Shown in pieces: positions 29,190-37,115 of a stretch of 48,087 nt of DNA (the stretch's first letter is position 1; each line of letters opens with the position of its first letter). The notes under the pieces are model-generated. The model saw nothing but the letters and a program-made list of their open reading frames with translations. It searched no databases and was not told the DNA's origin. This DNA comes from a virus (lineage: Duplodnaviria > Caudoviricetes): the IMG/VR virus record IMGVR_UViG_3300032226_000229, positions 1 through 48,087 of that record; one strand, 5' to 3'. Made by a program: the position numbers and the translations under genes.

Positions 29190-29508
29190 TGACAGGTTAT
29201 TCTGTTACGAGGAAACCTGTCGAAACCCTAGTCAGCGTTTAGGCTGCCAATGCGAAACGTGAGTCGTTTGCGTTTACTTTGTTTTCTTCTTTTTACATCG
29301 TTGCTGATGTGCTGTCCACTCTGTTACTCTTTGCCCTGTCGAAACTATGCACCCCCATCAAAAGCATTCTTAATCTCCAGCATACTTGTGGCGATCAATC
29401 CACTTTCAACCTTCTCTGATCCTGCGTCCAGTTTAGAATACTTTTGGTGGAGGTGGGGGGATTCGCACCCCCGTCCAGAACCTGTTTCTCTTTGCTTCAT
29501 ACAGCAAT
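29190..29508 (-). ncRNA. ssrA: Circularly permuted (two-piece) tmRNA; tag peptide ANDSRFALAA
   Basis: Acceptor piece ..GGACGGGGGTGCGAATCCCCCCACCTCCACCA (3' end 29445) precedes the coding piece GGGGGTGCATAGTTTCGAC (5' end 29356); G3-U70 pair; tag ORF at 29271-29239; terminal hairpin at 29191-29221. Outer boundaries are approximate. Confidence 0.92.
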
Positions 29509-29509
29509 A

Positions 29510-29647
29510 TCAATCGTAAGGTGGCCAACCAGTGTCCGCCTTACTATCTTCTTCAAAATTATTCCAATCATAGGTTGCAACTTTGTAAATCCAAAATGCA
29601 TGTAGTCCTACGACAAGAACAAATAATATTGTATCAGTATTTATCAT
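29510..29647 (-). CDS. Small single-pass membrane protein (45 aa)
   Basis: Not in the ORF track; MINTDTILFVLVVGLHAFWIYKVATYDWNNFEEDSKADTGWPPYD; ATG abuts the TusA-like stop (TAGATG). Confidence 0.55.
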   Translation of the reverse strand: MINTDTILFVLVVGLHAFWIYKVATYDWNNFEEDSKADTGWPPYD

Positions 29648-29881
29648 CTATGTTTTCTGCAAAATTGCATAATCAAAATCATCACTCTCACCAGATTCAA
29701 TTATAATGCATTTACCACTCTCTTCTAAAACTCTGATATCATTAAGAAATCCATGATCGGTAGCAAGTACCTTAATGATATCGCCCTTATTTAATCTGTT
29801 TAGCGTTTTAATAGTTGATATCATTGGTATAGGACAACATGTTCCGCATGTGTCTATTTCATGTTTAATCGATATTGTCAT
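29648..29881 (-). CDS. tusA: TusA/SirA-family sulfur carrier protein (77 aa)
   Basis: IDTCGTCCPIP (CPxP motif)..LNKGDIIKVLATDHGFLNDI; size typical of the family. Confidence 0.8.
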   Translation of the reverse strand: MTISIKHEIDTCGTCCPIPMISTIKTLNRLNKGDIIKVLATDHGFLNDIRVLEESGKCIIIESGESDDFDYAILQKT

Positions 29882-30548
29882 ATGCTTCACGATAAGATAT
29901 AAAATCTTTGATGTAGTCGTTGCGCTTCTTAATGAACACTTGTGGATGTTCAGAATCAACTGCTATCATAATTACAATTTGTGAAACTGGTATTTTAGTT
30001 CGCTCTTCATACATGACTGCATACGCAGAACATTGCATAAAGTATCCTTTAATCCAACTCTCTTCTTTTAATTTGCCCGAAGTCTTAAAGTCGATGATAG
30101 ATAATTTACCATCATATTCTGCAATACAGTCAACTCTACCAGCAACTTTTAAATGATGAGAATACAAAGGAATCTCTAGTGCATGAATGTTATTTACGTG
30201 TTCATCCAATAGAGGTTGTAACGATTTGAACATAGCAATAGTATCTGGCATTGTCTTGTGTATATGCGCTGGATTTGTGCGGGCATAATCTTCTTCGTTG
30301 TTCAAATAGTTTTCACAAATTTTATGCACTTTAGTTCCACGATTGGATGCTTTAGTTGAAATACGATTGGCTTCTTCTTCACCCACACGTTTTCTCCATT
30401 CAAGGATTTTATCTTTGCCGTGTTGAGATGTAATCGTAGTCACGGAAGGATATAGTAATCCTTCTGGCGTTTTGTAGAATCGTTTGCCGTTTATTGTTTC
30501 GGTTTCCAAATCATAGTCAATGTCGCATCCAATGTGTTTAAATTTCAC
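29865..30548 (-). CDS. PD-(D/E)XK exonuclease (Cas4/RecB-like phage exonuclease)
   Basis: YPSVTT, RGTKVH, AGRVDCIAEYDGKLSIIDFKTS and QCSAYA motifs. Confidence 0.88.
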   Translation of the reverse strand: MKFKHIGCDIDYDLETETINGKRFYKTPEGLLYPSVTTITSQHGKDKILEWRKRVGEEEANRISTKASNRGTKVHKICENYLNNEEDYARTNPAHIHKTMPDTIAMFKSLQPLLDEHVNNIHALEIPLYSHHLKVAGRVDCIAEYDGKLSIIDFKTSGKLKEESWIKGYFMQCSAYAVMYEERTKIPVSQIVIMIAVDSEHPQVFIKKRNDYIKDFISYREAYDNID

Positions 30549-30577
30549 TTTAGTAATCCTGTAGTTATAATGATATT

Positions 30578-31396
30578 TTATTTAGCAGTGTCTATTCCGT
30601 CTTCGTATTGTAGTTTAGCAAGAATGTAATCTTTTACCAATGACGAACGAACAATATCATCTACAGTAAATTCGATCTTTGTGAATGCATTCATGTGATA
30701 TGCAATGTCAAAGAATTTGAGAATACCCGACACATCATTCTTCTTTTTATTTAAGTCGGTTTGGCGATAGTCACCACACCAAATAATTTTAGAACGATAA
30801 CCAACCCGTGTCATTACGGTGTCAATTTCTTCATATGTCATGTTTTGCATTTCGTCAACAATAATGATGGCGTCATCAAATGACATACCACGAATGAATG
30901 ATGTTGAAATGAATTCAATATGACCTTGTTCTTCTAATCTATCCCATGCATCTTTGCGACCAAAAAGGGTGTCGCAGATTTGACGATATGGTTGTTGATA
31001 GATTTCCATCTTCTCATTCACATCACCAGGCAAATGTCCAATTTCTCGACTTTGAACCGCAGAACGTACTACAATGATTTTATCAAATGGATTTGATTTG
31101 TCCATCACTTCTTCGATTGCTTTGTATAGCGCACAGAATGTTTTACCTGTACCTGCTACACCATGAAGTGCTACAAAATAGTCTCCACGTTTATATGCAT
31201 CAAAGAAAAGTTTTTGGTTGTCTGTTAGGGGTTCAAATGTTTTTAAATCATCTAATCTGAGTCTGAGTGTGTTATTGACTGATTTTAATTTAGGAGGGAT
31301 TTGAAATTCTGGTTCAGTATTTGCCGACTTAGATACAGCGGGTTTTCTTGCCATGGGTGCCCTTCTTGATGTTGTAGTATTTTTATGTGTCGCCAT
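30578..31396 (-). CDS. phoH: PhoH-family ATPase
   Basis: GVAGTGKT, IGHLPG, FIRGMSF, IIVDEMQN, GDYRQTDL and DIVRS motifs. Confidence 0.93.
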   Translation of the reverse strand: MATHKNTTTSRRAPMARKPAVSKSANTEPEFQIPPKLKSVNNTLRLRLDDLKTFEPLTDNQKLFFDAYKRGDYFVALHGVAGTGKTFCALYKAIEEVMDKSNPFDKIIVVRSAVQSREIGHLPGDVNEKMEIYQQPYRQICDTLFGRKDAWDRLEEQGHIEFISTSFIRGMSFDDAIIIVDEMQNMTYEEIDTVMTRVGYRSKIIWCGDYRQTDLNKKKNDVSGILKFFDIAYHMNAFTKIEFTVDDIVRSSLVKDYILAKLQYEDGIDTAK

Positions 31397-31398
31397 TA

Positions 31399-31635
31399 TT
31401 AGAACGTGTTAACATTTCCTAAAGGATGCGCTTCTTTTGCTTTTGAAAGGACTTCTCTAAATCCATTATCTGGCTTTCGAATGCCCAAACGAATAGGATC
31501 GCCAATTGATGGCGCCCCTAATAAAATAGATTCTAATTGTGGATTGTCTTTTAAGTATTCTTCTCTGACACTCATGCTAAAGAATTTTTCTGTTATTTCA
31601 CCAGTATCTTTATTGATGAAGTTGTATGTTGGCAT
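31399..31635 (-). CDS. FmdB-like small regulatory protein
   Basis: MPTYNF..TGE..KPDNGFREVL; upstream of phoH as in other T4-like phages; lacks Cys. Confidence 0.65.
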   Translation of the reverse strand: MPTYNFINKDTGEITEKFFSMSVREEYLKDNPQLESILLGAPSIGDPIRLGIRKPDNGFREVLSKAKEAHPLGNVNTF

Positions 31636-32203
31636 TGTTTACTCCGTATGAGAACCATTCTGGGATTTCTCTGTTTTTCCATTTTGCAAATCTACTCTTA
31701 TCATGTATATAGTAGTTTTGATATGACTTAATAGCATCATTCGTCACTTTGTAAATATCAGGCATCGCAGGCGTAGGCTCAGTGAATGGAATGTCAGCAA
31801 TGTTCTCTGGTGGCACACAAAGGTGCTTTGCATATTTTTCACATGCATGATTTTTGCCATATCGATGTGTATACTCAGCTAACAGGTGAGTCCACATCTG
31901 ATACAGCCACATATAGTTTTGTTTGCTTGCACGAACCCATATGTTTGATGGATGATTAACGTGTGATGCTCTCATCAAACCTTTGTCCATGGATTCGGTT
32001 GAATGTTTCCACACTTTAATATGGCGCCAACGTGCAGGTAGCGAACCGAGAACATATCGCTTTTCCACATCTTGAGTGCCGTCTAGTATACGGTGTGCAG
32101 TAGACATGAGTTGTGCATACTCAATAATCATTTTAACAACGTGTTTGTCTAAGTGCATTTCTGCACAGACTTTTGGTTCTGGATCAAGATAGAAGATGTT
32201 CAT
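31610..32203 (-). CDS. Pyrimidine-dimer DNA glycosylase-like (DenV-related) protein
   Basis: MNIFYLD..DKHVVKMIIEYAQLMSTAHR..HVNHPSNIWVR..EYTHRYGKNH..AMPD. Confidence 0.7.
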   Translation of the reverse strand: MNIFYLDPEPKVCAEMHLDKHVVKMIIEYAQLMSTAHRILDGTQDVEKRYVLGSLPARWRHIKVWKHSTESMDKGLMRASHVNHPSNIWVRASKQNYMWLYQMWTHLLAEYTHRYGKNHACEKYAKHLCVPPENIADIPFTEPTPAMPDIYKVTNDAIKSYQNYYIHDKSRFAKWKNREIPEWFSYGVNNANIQLHQ

Positions 32204-32421
32204 ACGAAATCGTAACTTTTGTCAAAGATTGGACCATCACAAATATAAAGTTCTCCGTCAATGCCTCTCATCAAATAATCACCAGCTTTGCCTTGCTTGT
32301 AATTTCCTTCGAGTGTATTCACACGAAAATCTTCATCAATTTTTTTTGCTTGAATAACAATAGGGCGTTTCATGCATGGTTGCATTTCAGAAACGTTTTC
32401 AAAAGTATCATAAGTTTTCAT
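32200..32421 (-). CDS. Small conserved phage protein (PGDYG-like)
   Basis: KRPIVIQA..TLEG..GDYLMRGIDGELYIC..IFDKSY. Confidence 0.7.
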   Translation of the reverse strand: MKTYDTFENVSEMQPCMKRPIVIQAKKIDEDFRVNTLEGNYKQGKAGDYLMRGIDGELYICDGPIFDKSYDFV

Positions 32422-32840
32422 AGTCTCTCCACAAGTGTTTTTTCGCCATTGTCAGTACCAAACGACATGTTCTCATAGTATACACGAACAAGACCCTTTC
32501 GTGCAAGTGAAACACATGTCACACATGCACCAAAGTAATTTACATTTTCGGTAATTTCTTCAATAGATTCGCTTGGCACACCTTCAGCACGGGACAACAT
32601 TTCTGTCATTAGCACAATGTCTTCCATACGTTCATTGAATTCGCTGTCACCCTCATCAATTATTTCCATTAATACTTCTAAATTTTCATCAGATAACTTC
32701 TTAAAGAATTTACCTAATGATGTATATGGATTACGCATCAGCATTTTTGCCACTGATCTTGTTATTGGCAAAAGTTTGTCTGATGCAATAATCTTTTCCA
32801 TGTGTGGATGTGAATTCTCAAAGTCGATAGGGTCTTCCAT
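32418..32840 (-). CDS. Hypothetical protein
   Basis: 140-aa ORF with GGAG RBS; overlaps the next start. Confidence 0.7.
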   Translation of the reverse strand: MEDPIDFENSHPHMEKIIASDKLLPITRSVAKMLMRNPYTSLGKFFKKLSDENLEVLMEIIDEGDSEFNERMEDIVLMTEMLSRAEGVPSESIEEITENVNYFGACVTCVSLARKGLVRVYYENMSFGTDNGEKTLVERL

Positions 32841-32841
32841 T

Positions 32842-33759
32842 TTAAATCTCCACGTATTTTAGTTTAAATTGATCGGCACGTTCTTCATAGTTTATATAGC
32901 CACGTGGATTGCAAACAACCCTAGTAGTACCAACCATGTAGTCAAAGTCTTCGTGTGTATGTCCGTGAGTCCACAATTTGATTTGTGGATTGTCAAGAAT
33001 GAATTGATCCAAACGGCTACTGTATGCACCATTCATAATCACTTCAGTCTGATATCGTGGATGTGTAGATGCCTTGCTAGGCGCATGATGCCCAACAACA
33101 ACATACTTGTTTGTATTCTTACCAAGCATATCAGTAGTCACTTGAATGTATTGTAGCATTTTCTTGTGATCTTGTACAGTATCTTCTGGTGTGAATTTAG
33201 CAGGACGCTTATGAAATTCGGCTTGTTGAATTGGCAGACCATTTGCATCTAACTTTACATTGCCATCACCATCGTATGCATTGACCATTGTCTTGTATGA
33301 AACCATTTCAGCACTGTTTTGAATGATACGAAAATCATTCATTATGCCACGAATGTGTGCAAGTGTAACAGGGTCTTGTGCATTCATGTCAGTCCACAAT
33401 GTACCACCAATAAATGTTACGTTATCAATTGTCACATGTTCTTTATCAAGGATGTGCAAGTTCTCAATGCGCCCAAGATAGTTTCGTAGAATTCTAAACG
33501 TTTCAGCAAAGTCTCCATGATAGTGTTCGTGGTTACCAGCAACGTAAAGTACTTTTGGAAATTCGAATGCACAACGACTGAAGAAGTCATAGTACCTTTG
33601 ACTTTTACCATGCTCTACAATTCCGTATGCATCAGATTCACGGAAGTCGGCAGCAACGCAAATATCGCCAGACAGTATTAATACGTCAGCGTTTTCTTCG
33701 TTCTTTAAAATCAGATCACCAAATTCAAGGTGAACATCGGATGCAATAGCAATCTTCAT
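32842..33759 (-). CDS. Calcineurin-like metallophosphoesterase
   Basis: SDVHLEF, LSGDI, GNHEHY, HHAP, HGHTH and NPRGY motifs. Confidence 0.9.
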   Translation of the reverse strand: MKIAIASDVHLEFGDLILKNEENADVLILSGDICVAADFRESDAYGIVEHGKSQRYYDFFSRCAFEFPKVLYVAGNHEHYHGDFAETFRILRNYLGRIENLHILDKEHVTIDNVTFIGGTLWTDMNAQDPVTLAHIRGIMNDFRIIQNSAEMVSYKTMVNAYDGDGNVKLDANGLPIQQAEFHKRPAKFTPEDTVQDHKKMLQYIQVTTDMLGKNTNKYVVVGHHAPSKASTHPRYQTEVIMNGAYSSRLDQFILDNPQIKLWTHGHTHEDFDYMVGTTRVVCNPRGYINYEERADQFKLKYVEI

Positions 33760-33767
33760 TTTTACTC

Positions 33768-34286
33768 TCAATCTGTATGAGGCGGGAGAACATATTCTTC
33801 ACAATAAAATTGTAGTTTAGCAATAGTCTCATTTACATCTTTATGCAGTATGGTAATACCGCCAGCGGCACCAAACGAATCAATTACGTCTGGTGTGTCA
33901 TCAACCAATATAGTTGTTGGTGTTGCGTAAGCGGCTTTTAATTTACGCCCAGGCACAGTATTTATTTTAAATTCAATACCACGTTCACAAAGCCATTGTG
34001 TTTTTTGAATTGTCACTTCAGTATGATACTTCATTCCACCACTTGAAGTCAACATTTCAATTTCAATGTTTTTTGGAATAGTTCGCACGTAAGCAAGCAA
34101 TTCTTGCCCGCCAGGATTCCAATCTAGTGTCGCAAAGTTTTCACCCTCAATGAATTCAATCCAGTTACCAGAAAAGTTTCTTCTATCTCTAGACGAACCA
34201 GGACTTTCACCAAATAATTCAAGATAGCGGTTCTCAAAAGAACACAAAACACCATCCATGTCTAGATAAAGTTTACTCACACCCAT
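33768..34286 (-). CDS. HAD-family 5'(3')-deoxyribonucleotidase-like
   Basis: YLDMDGVL, LTSS, K and LVDD HAD motifs. Confidence 0.85.
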   Translation of the reverse strand: MGVSKLYLDMDGVLCSFENRYLELFGESPGSSRDRRNFSGNWIEFIEGENFATLDWNPGGQELLAYVRTIPKNIEIEMLTSSGGMKYHTEVTIQKTQWLCERGIEFKINTVPGRKLKAAYATPTTILVDDTPDVIDSFGAAGGITILHKDVNETIAKLQFYCEEYVLPPHTD

Positions 34287-34399
34287 ATAATTAATCCGAT
34301 AACAATCATAATCACAAAATACTCCATGAGAGTAAAATGTAAAATCAATTTATAGAACCAGTCATACTGCAATAATTTCTCATATAGTGAAAGTTTCAT
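34277..34399 (-). CDS. Small membrane protein (40 aa)
   Basis: Not in the ORF track; MKLSLYEKLLQYDWFYKLILHFTLMEYFVIMIVIGLIIWV; ATGA overlap with the upstream gene. Confidence 0.55.
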   Translation of the reverse strand: MKLSLYEKLLQYDWFYKLILHFTLMEYFVIMIVIGLIIWV

Positions 34400-34554
34400 T
34401 CTGACATTCTCGCAATTAAATTTTCTAAAACAGGCTCAATCTCAAAAACGGGAATGCTTGACATATACTGAACGTATGTTACAACGTCAGCACCAGTCAA
34501 GCCTTGATCCCATGCTTCAAGGATGTATCGTTCTATTACTACACGGTCATCCAT
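34396..34554 (-). CDS. Hypothetical protein (52 aa)
   Basis: GGAG RBS before ATG at 34554. Confidence 0.6.
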   Translation of the reverse strand: MDDRVVIERYILEAWDQGLTGADVVTYVQYMSSIPVFEIEPVLENLIARMSE

Positions 34555-34567
34555 ATCACTCCAATAA

Positions 34568-35065
34568 TTATGTTCGAATATATGCTTCAGCAAATTGGCG
34601 GTCTTCAAAGTCCTCAACGTCTGTATCGATTTCATCTAACAGGTTGACGGGTTTCTTTGCAGAAGACTTTGCCATTGCAGACATAATTCCATCAAGGGAA
34701 TCACCAGCACGAACGGGCACAGGAGTAACTTTCTTCGCTTTCACAGGCTTTGCGGCTTTAGTAACAGCAGTTTTAACTGTAGTTGTCTTAGGCTTTGCAA
34801 CAGCTTTAGTAGCTGAAGATGCAAATGCACCACTAGCAATTAGTTGTTTCATTTCGTCAATGTTGACGAGTTCGTAACCAACTACCTTGCGACCATCACG
34901 GACGCTTTTGATGATAGCACCAGCAAAGATTTTCGTGTCGAGTAAGACATTCGAAACCCGGTATACGCAATCGTATTCCATTTCTTCGCAAAGTTTCTCT
35001 GCACTAAAAACGCCGCCCTGTGAAAGAACGACAATAGCTTTTTGCCAACGATTTGATTTAGACAT
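34568..35065 (-). CDS. Putative DNA-binding protein (wHTH-like N-terminus, Lys/Ala-rich linker, acidic tail)
   Basis: N-terminal helical region ending in DGRKVVGYELVN; KAVAKPKTTTVKTAVTKAAKPVKAKK tract; has its own promoter. Confidence 0.55.
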   Translation of the reverse strand: MSKSNRWQKAIVVLSQGGVFSAEKLCEEMEYDCVYRVSNVLLDTKIFAGAIIKSVRDGRKVVGYELVNIDEMKQLIASGAFASSATKAVAKPKTTTVKTAVTKAAKPVKAKKVTPVPVRAGDSLDGIMSAMAKSSAKKPVNLLDEIDTDVEDFEDRQFAEAYIRT

Positions 35066-35102
35066 AATATATTTCCTTAAAAAGAGTTAATCAACAAGAT
35101 AC

Positions 35103-35131
35103 ATGGTAACACACCATGGGGTGTTTGTCAA
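35103..35131 (-). promoter_or_regulatory. Early sigma70 promoter
   Basis: TTGACA-N17-TACCAT with extended TG. Confidence 0.7.
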
Positions 35132-35541
35132 GCGGTAACGACAAAAGGTTTGTCCCACTTACCAACATTGATATGAGCATAGTAAGCGGTATCGAAATAA
35201 TCCGACATTGCATCGCTACGGTCATAGTAATCACCAGAATAAATCGCAGTAACGATTTTGGTCATTAGTTCTTTTGCTTTACCAGAATAATGATCCTGAT
35301 AATAATAATGGTTCACTTGATCGTAACCAGTTTTATTGGGTTGAAAACCACGTGCAACTTGATAAGAGTCACGACCGCAAGTTTCGTTTGCGTTTGCAAT
35401 AAAGTCAACAGGTGCGGATTTAATTGTGCATGTGATAGAAAGACTGTCACAACGCAAGGAATATTTAACACCAGTGCCTTTAAGTGCGGCATCAAGTCTT
35501 GCTTTGATTTTCGCTTTGCGTTCTTGGTTCATGTAAGCCAT
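35128..35541 (-). CDS. Conserved early phage protein (LPD29-like)
   Basis: MAYMNQERKAKI..VKYSLR..YYDRSDAMSDYFDTAYY..GKWDKPF. Confidence 0.65.
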   Translation of the reverse strand: MAYMNQERKAKIKARLDAALKGTGVKYSLRCDSLSITCTIKSAPVDFIANANETCGRDSYQVARGFQPNKTGYDQVNHYYYQDHYSGKAKELMTKIVTAIYSGDYYDRSDAMSDYFDTAYYAHINVGKWDKPFVVTA

Positions 35542-35543
35542 GT

Positions 35544-35717
35544 TCAATTTTCTCCATAATAAAAAACATCAAGATCATACGATTGTGATTCATACATCAT
35601 CATATCGTGGTAAGCATTAATTGTATCAAGAAACTCCTGGTATGTCAAGTCAATTTGTTCTTCTTGTTGCATAAAAGCAACAGTCTGTAATTCAGCGTTT
35701 ATCAAATCAATATTCAT
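35544..35717 (-). CDS. Small acidic hypothetical protein (57 aa)
   Basis: Not in the ORF track; MNIDLINAELQTVAFMQQEEQIDLTYQEFLDTINAYHDMMMYESQSYDLDVFYYGEN; directly downstream of a promoter. Confidence 0.55.
   Translation of the reverse strand: MNIDLINAELQTVAFMQQEEQIDLTYQEFLDTINAYHDMMMYESQSYDLDVFYYGEN
35620..35682 (-). promoter_or_regulatory. Early sigma70 promoter with upstream TGTTG-N8-CAACA box
   Basis: Box at 35665-35682; TTGACA (35648-35643)-N17-TACAAT. Confidence 0.75.
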
Positions 35718-35749
35718 AATTAGTTCTTAATTTCACACTTAACACATCC

Positions 35750-35811
35750 AGTATCGCACGAAAATGGCAACTTGTCAAGCATTTTTTCGGTAATGTTGCA
35801 CAAAAACAACA
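35750..35811 (-). promoter_or_regulatory. Early sigma70 promoter with upstream TGTTG-N8-CAACA box
   Basis: Box at 35794-35811; TTGACA (35778-35773)-N17-GATACT. Confidence 0.75.
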
Positions 35812-35853
35812 CGATTGGAGGGGTTTTGGACTGTTTTTTCACTTAATTTGATG

Positions 35854-36171
35854 CTAGAGTACGTCTGGACCTCCAGAGACGTCCAAACGGCGATCCAAGG
35901 CTTCAAAATCTGCATCTAATCGGGTATGGAAAGAGTCTTCCCCATCATCACCCGAAACCAGCCAGTCGATTCTTTGCACATAAATTTGTGCCAATAAAAG
36001 TGCCATTCTAGCAATTTTAAATTTTGCAATTGTTTCTGGAGAATAGCCGTAACCTTTTGTGTCTCCGTATTCGTTCACTTCATCGGAATCATTGTCTAGG
36101 ATAAGTTGTTCGATTTCATCGGCCATGTGTCCAAGTTCATACTGTTTATATTGAAAATGTCCGCCACTCAT
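35854..36171 (-). CDS. Conserved phage hypothetical protein
   Basis: MSGGHFQY..YVQRIDWLVSGDDGEDSF. Confidence 0.75.
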   Translation of the reverse strand: MSGGHFQYKQYELGHMADEIEQLILDNDSDEVNEYGDTKGYGYSPETIAKFKIARMALLLAQIYVQRIDWLVSGDDGEDSFHTRLDADFEALDRRLDVSGGPDVL

Positions 36172-36173
36172 AA

Positions 36174-36299
36174 TTATCTTCCTGTAATAAATCCTACAAC
36201 AAAACCAAACGTTCGAATACACCAAACCTTGAAACGGAATCTTTTGTTTATACCATTTCGTTTGGATTCGTCATATCGATTACGCAATATTGGACTCAC
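36174..36299 (-). CDS. Small basic hypothetical protein (41 aa)
   Basis: GTG start overlapping the upstream TGA; GGAGG RBS; fills the gap exactly. Confidence 0.5.
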   Translation of the reverse strand: MSPILRNRYDESKRNGINKRFRFKVWCIRTFGFVVGFITGR

Positions 36300-36496
36300 A
36301 CGGTTCCTCCGTAGTATGGAATCAGCAGTTCTAAAGCCTCAATGATTTTAGCGTTATTGACAACATCTTCTGGATGCAACCATTTTCCTTCTTTATAATC
36401 TTCAAGTTCTTTTCGCAAATATTTTAGTTGGTCCTTCAATACCAACAAAGTGATTCTATCTGCGGTGTCAAAGTCAATTGATAATCCTCTACTCAT
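36296..36496 (-). CDS. Hypothetical protein
   Basis: 66-aa ORF, translationally coupled. Confidence 0.7.
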   Translation of the reverse strand: MSRGLSIDFDTADRITLLVLKDQLKYLRKELEDYKEGKWLHPEDVVNNAKIIEALELLIPYYGGTV

Positions 36497-36651
36497 TCAT
36501 CTTCTCCAAACTCTTGTGTTACCTGATTCACCATATCACACATACAACTAAAACAACTTGGGCAGAATGATACACTCAGCATACCAAAGTATCCGTGTAT
36601 ACCGCCTTCATCATCCGTGAATGAACAATTGCAAACACTACATTTGTTCAT
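36493..36651 (-). CDS. Small Cys-rich (zinc-ribbon-like) protein (52 aa)
   Basis: Not in the ORF track; MNKCSVCNCSFTDDEGGIHGYFGMLSVSFCPSCFSCMCDMV.. Confidence 0.65.
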   Translation of the reverse strand: MNKCSVCNCSFTDDEGGIHGYFGMLSVSFCPSCFSCMCDMVNQVTQEFGEDE

Positions 36652-36884
36652 TATGCGAATTCCTCAATGTCAAATTTAGTCATAACAATTTGACCCTTCA
36701 CTTTCTTTGGATAGAATTCTGGTGTTGTCATTGTCTCAGCAACAAGAATCTTACCAATTGCAATCCATTCAACAAGTGGCATTGCAGTATCAGTATACGC
36801 TTCAAGATATTCTTGGCATTCAGCAAACGTTTCAAATTCTTTTGCGTCTAGTGTGTTTGTTAATTTTGGTTTTGCGAGTAACAT
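36651..36884 (-). CDS. Hypothetical protein
   Basis: 77-aa ORF with AAGGA RBS. Confidence 0.7.
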   Translation of the reverse strand: MLLAKPKLTNTLDAKEFETFAECQEYLEAYTDTAMPLVEWIAIGKILVAETMTTPEFYPKKVKGQIVMTKFDIEEFA

Positions 36885-36887
36885 AAT

Positions 36888-37115
36888 TTATTCCTTATAA
36901 ACAAGTGATGATGTACCATCGTATCGTGAAATGTCTTCGTTCCATGAAGGTGGTTGTCCGCATTCAAAATGCGCCACATCTCGACCTTCAATGTCTTCTT
37001 CAACATTTAAAATGTCAACTTCATCAACGTAGTGCCAATCATTGCACCATTGACAATAAACTTTAAATCTATCTTCTGCCATTTTTCGTTTGCTTTGAAA
37101 GCCTGTCATATTCAT
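36888..37115 (-). CDS. Hypothetical protein with CxxC motif
   Basis: MTGFQSKRKMA..YCQWCNDWH..EEDIEGRDV..FEC. Confidence 0.65.
   Translation of the reverse strand: MNMTGFQSKRKMAEDRFKVYCQWCNDWHYVDEVDILNVEEDIEGRDVAHFECGQPPSWNEDISRYDGTSSLVYKE

Noticed and set aside
29357-29444. Group I intron in the tmRNA
   Set aside because: Too short and without core intron motifs; the order of the halves indicates permutation, not splicing.
29250-29519. 89-aa plus-strand ORF
   Set aside because: It lies antisense to the tmRNA and the protein looks implausible.
29865-30548. Cas4-like nuclease as evidence of a CRISPR-Cas system
   Set aside because: No array or other cas genes; it is the usual stand-alone exonuclease next to phoH.
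35148-35167. Seventh palindromic box
   Set aside because: Only the CAACA half matches and the spacing to the -35 is off by 2-3 nt, so it was not counted.
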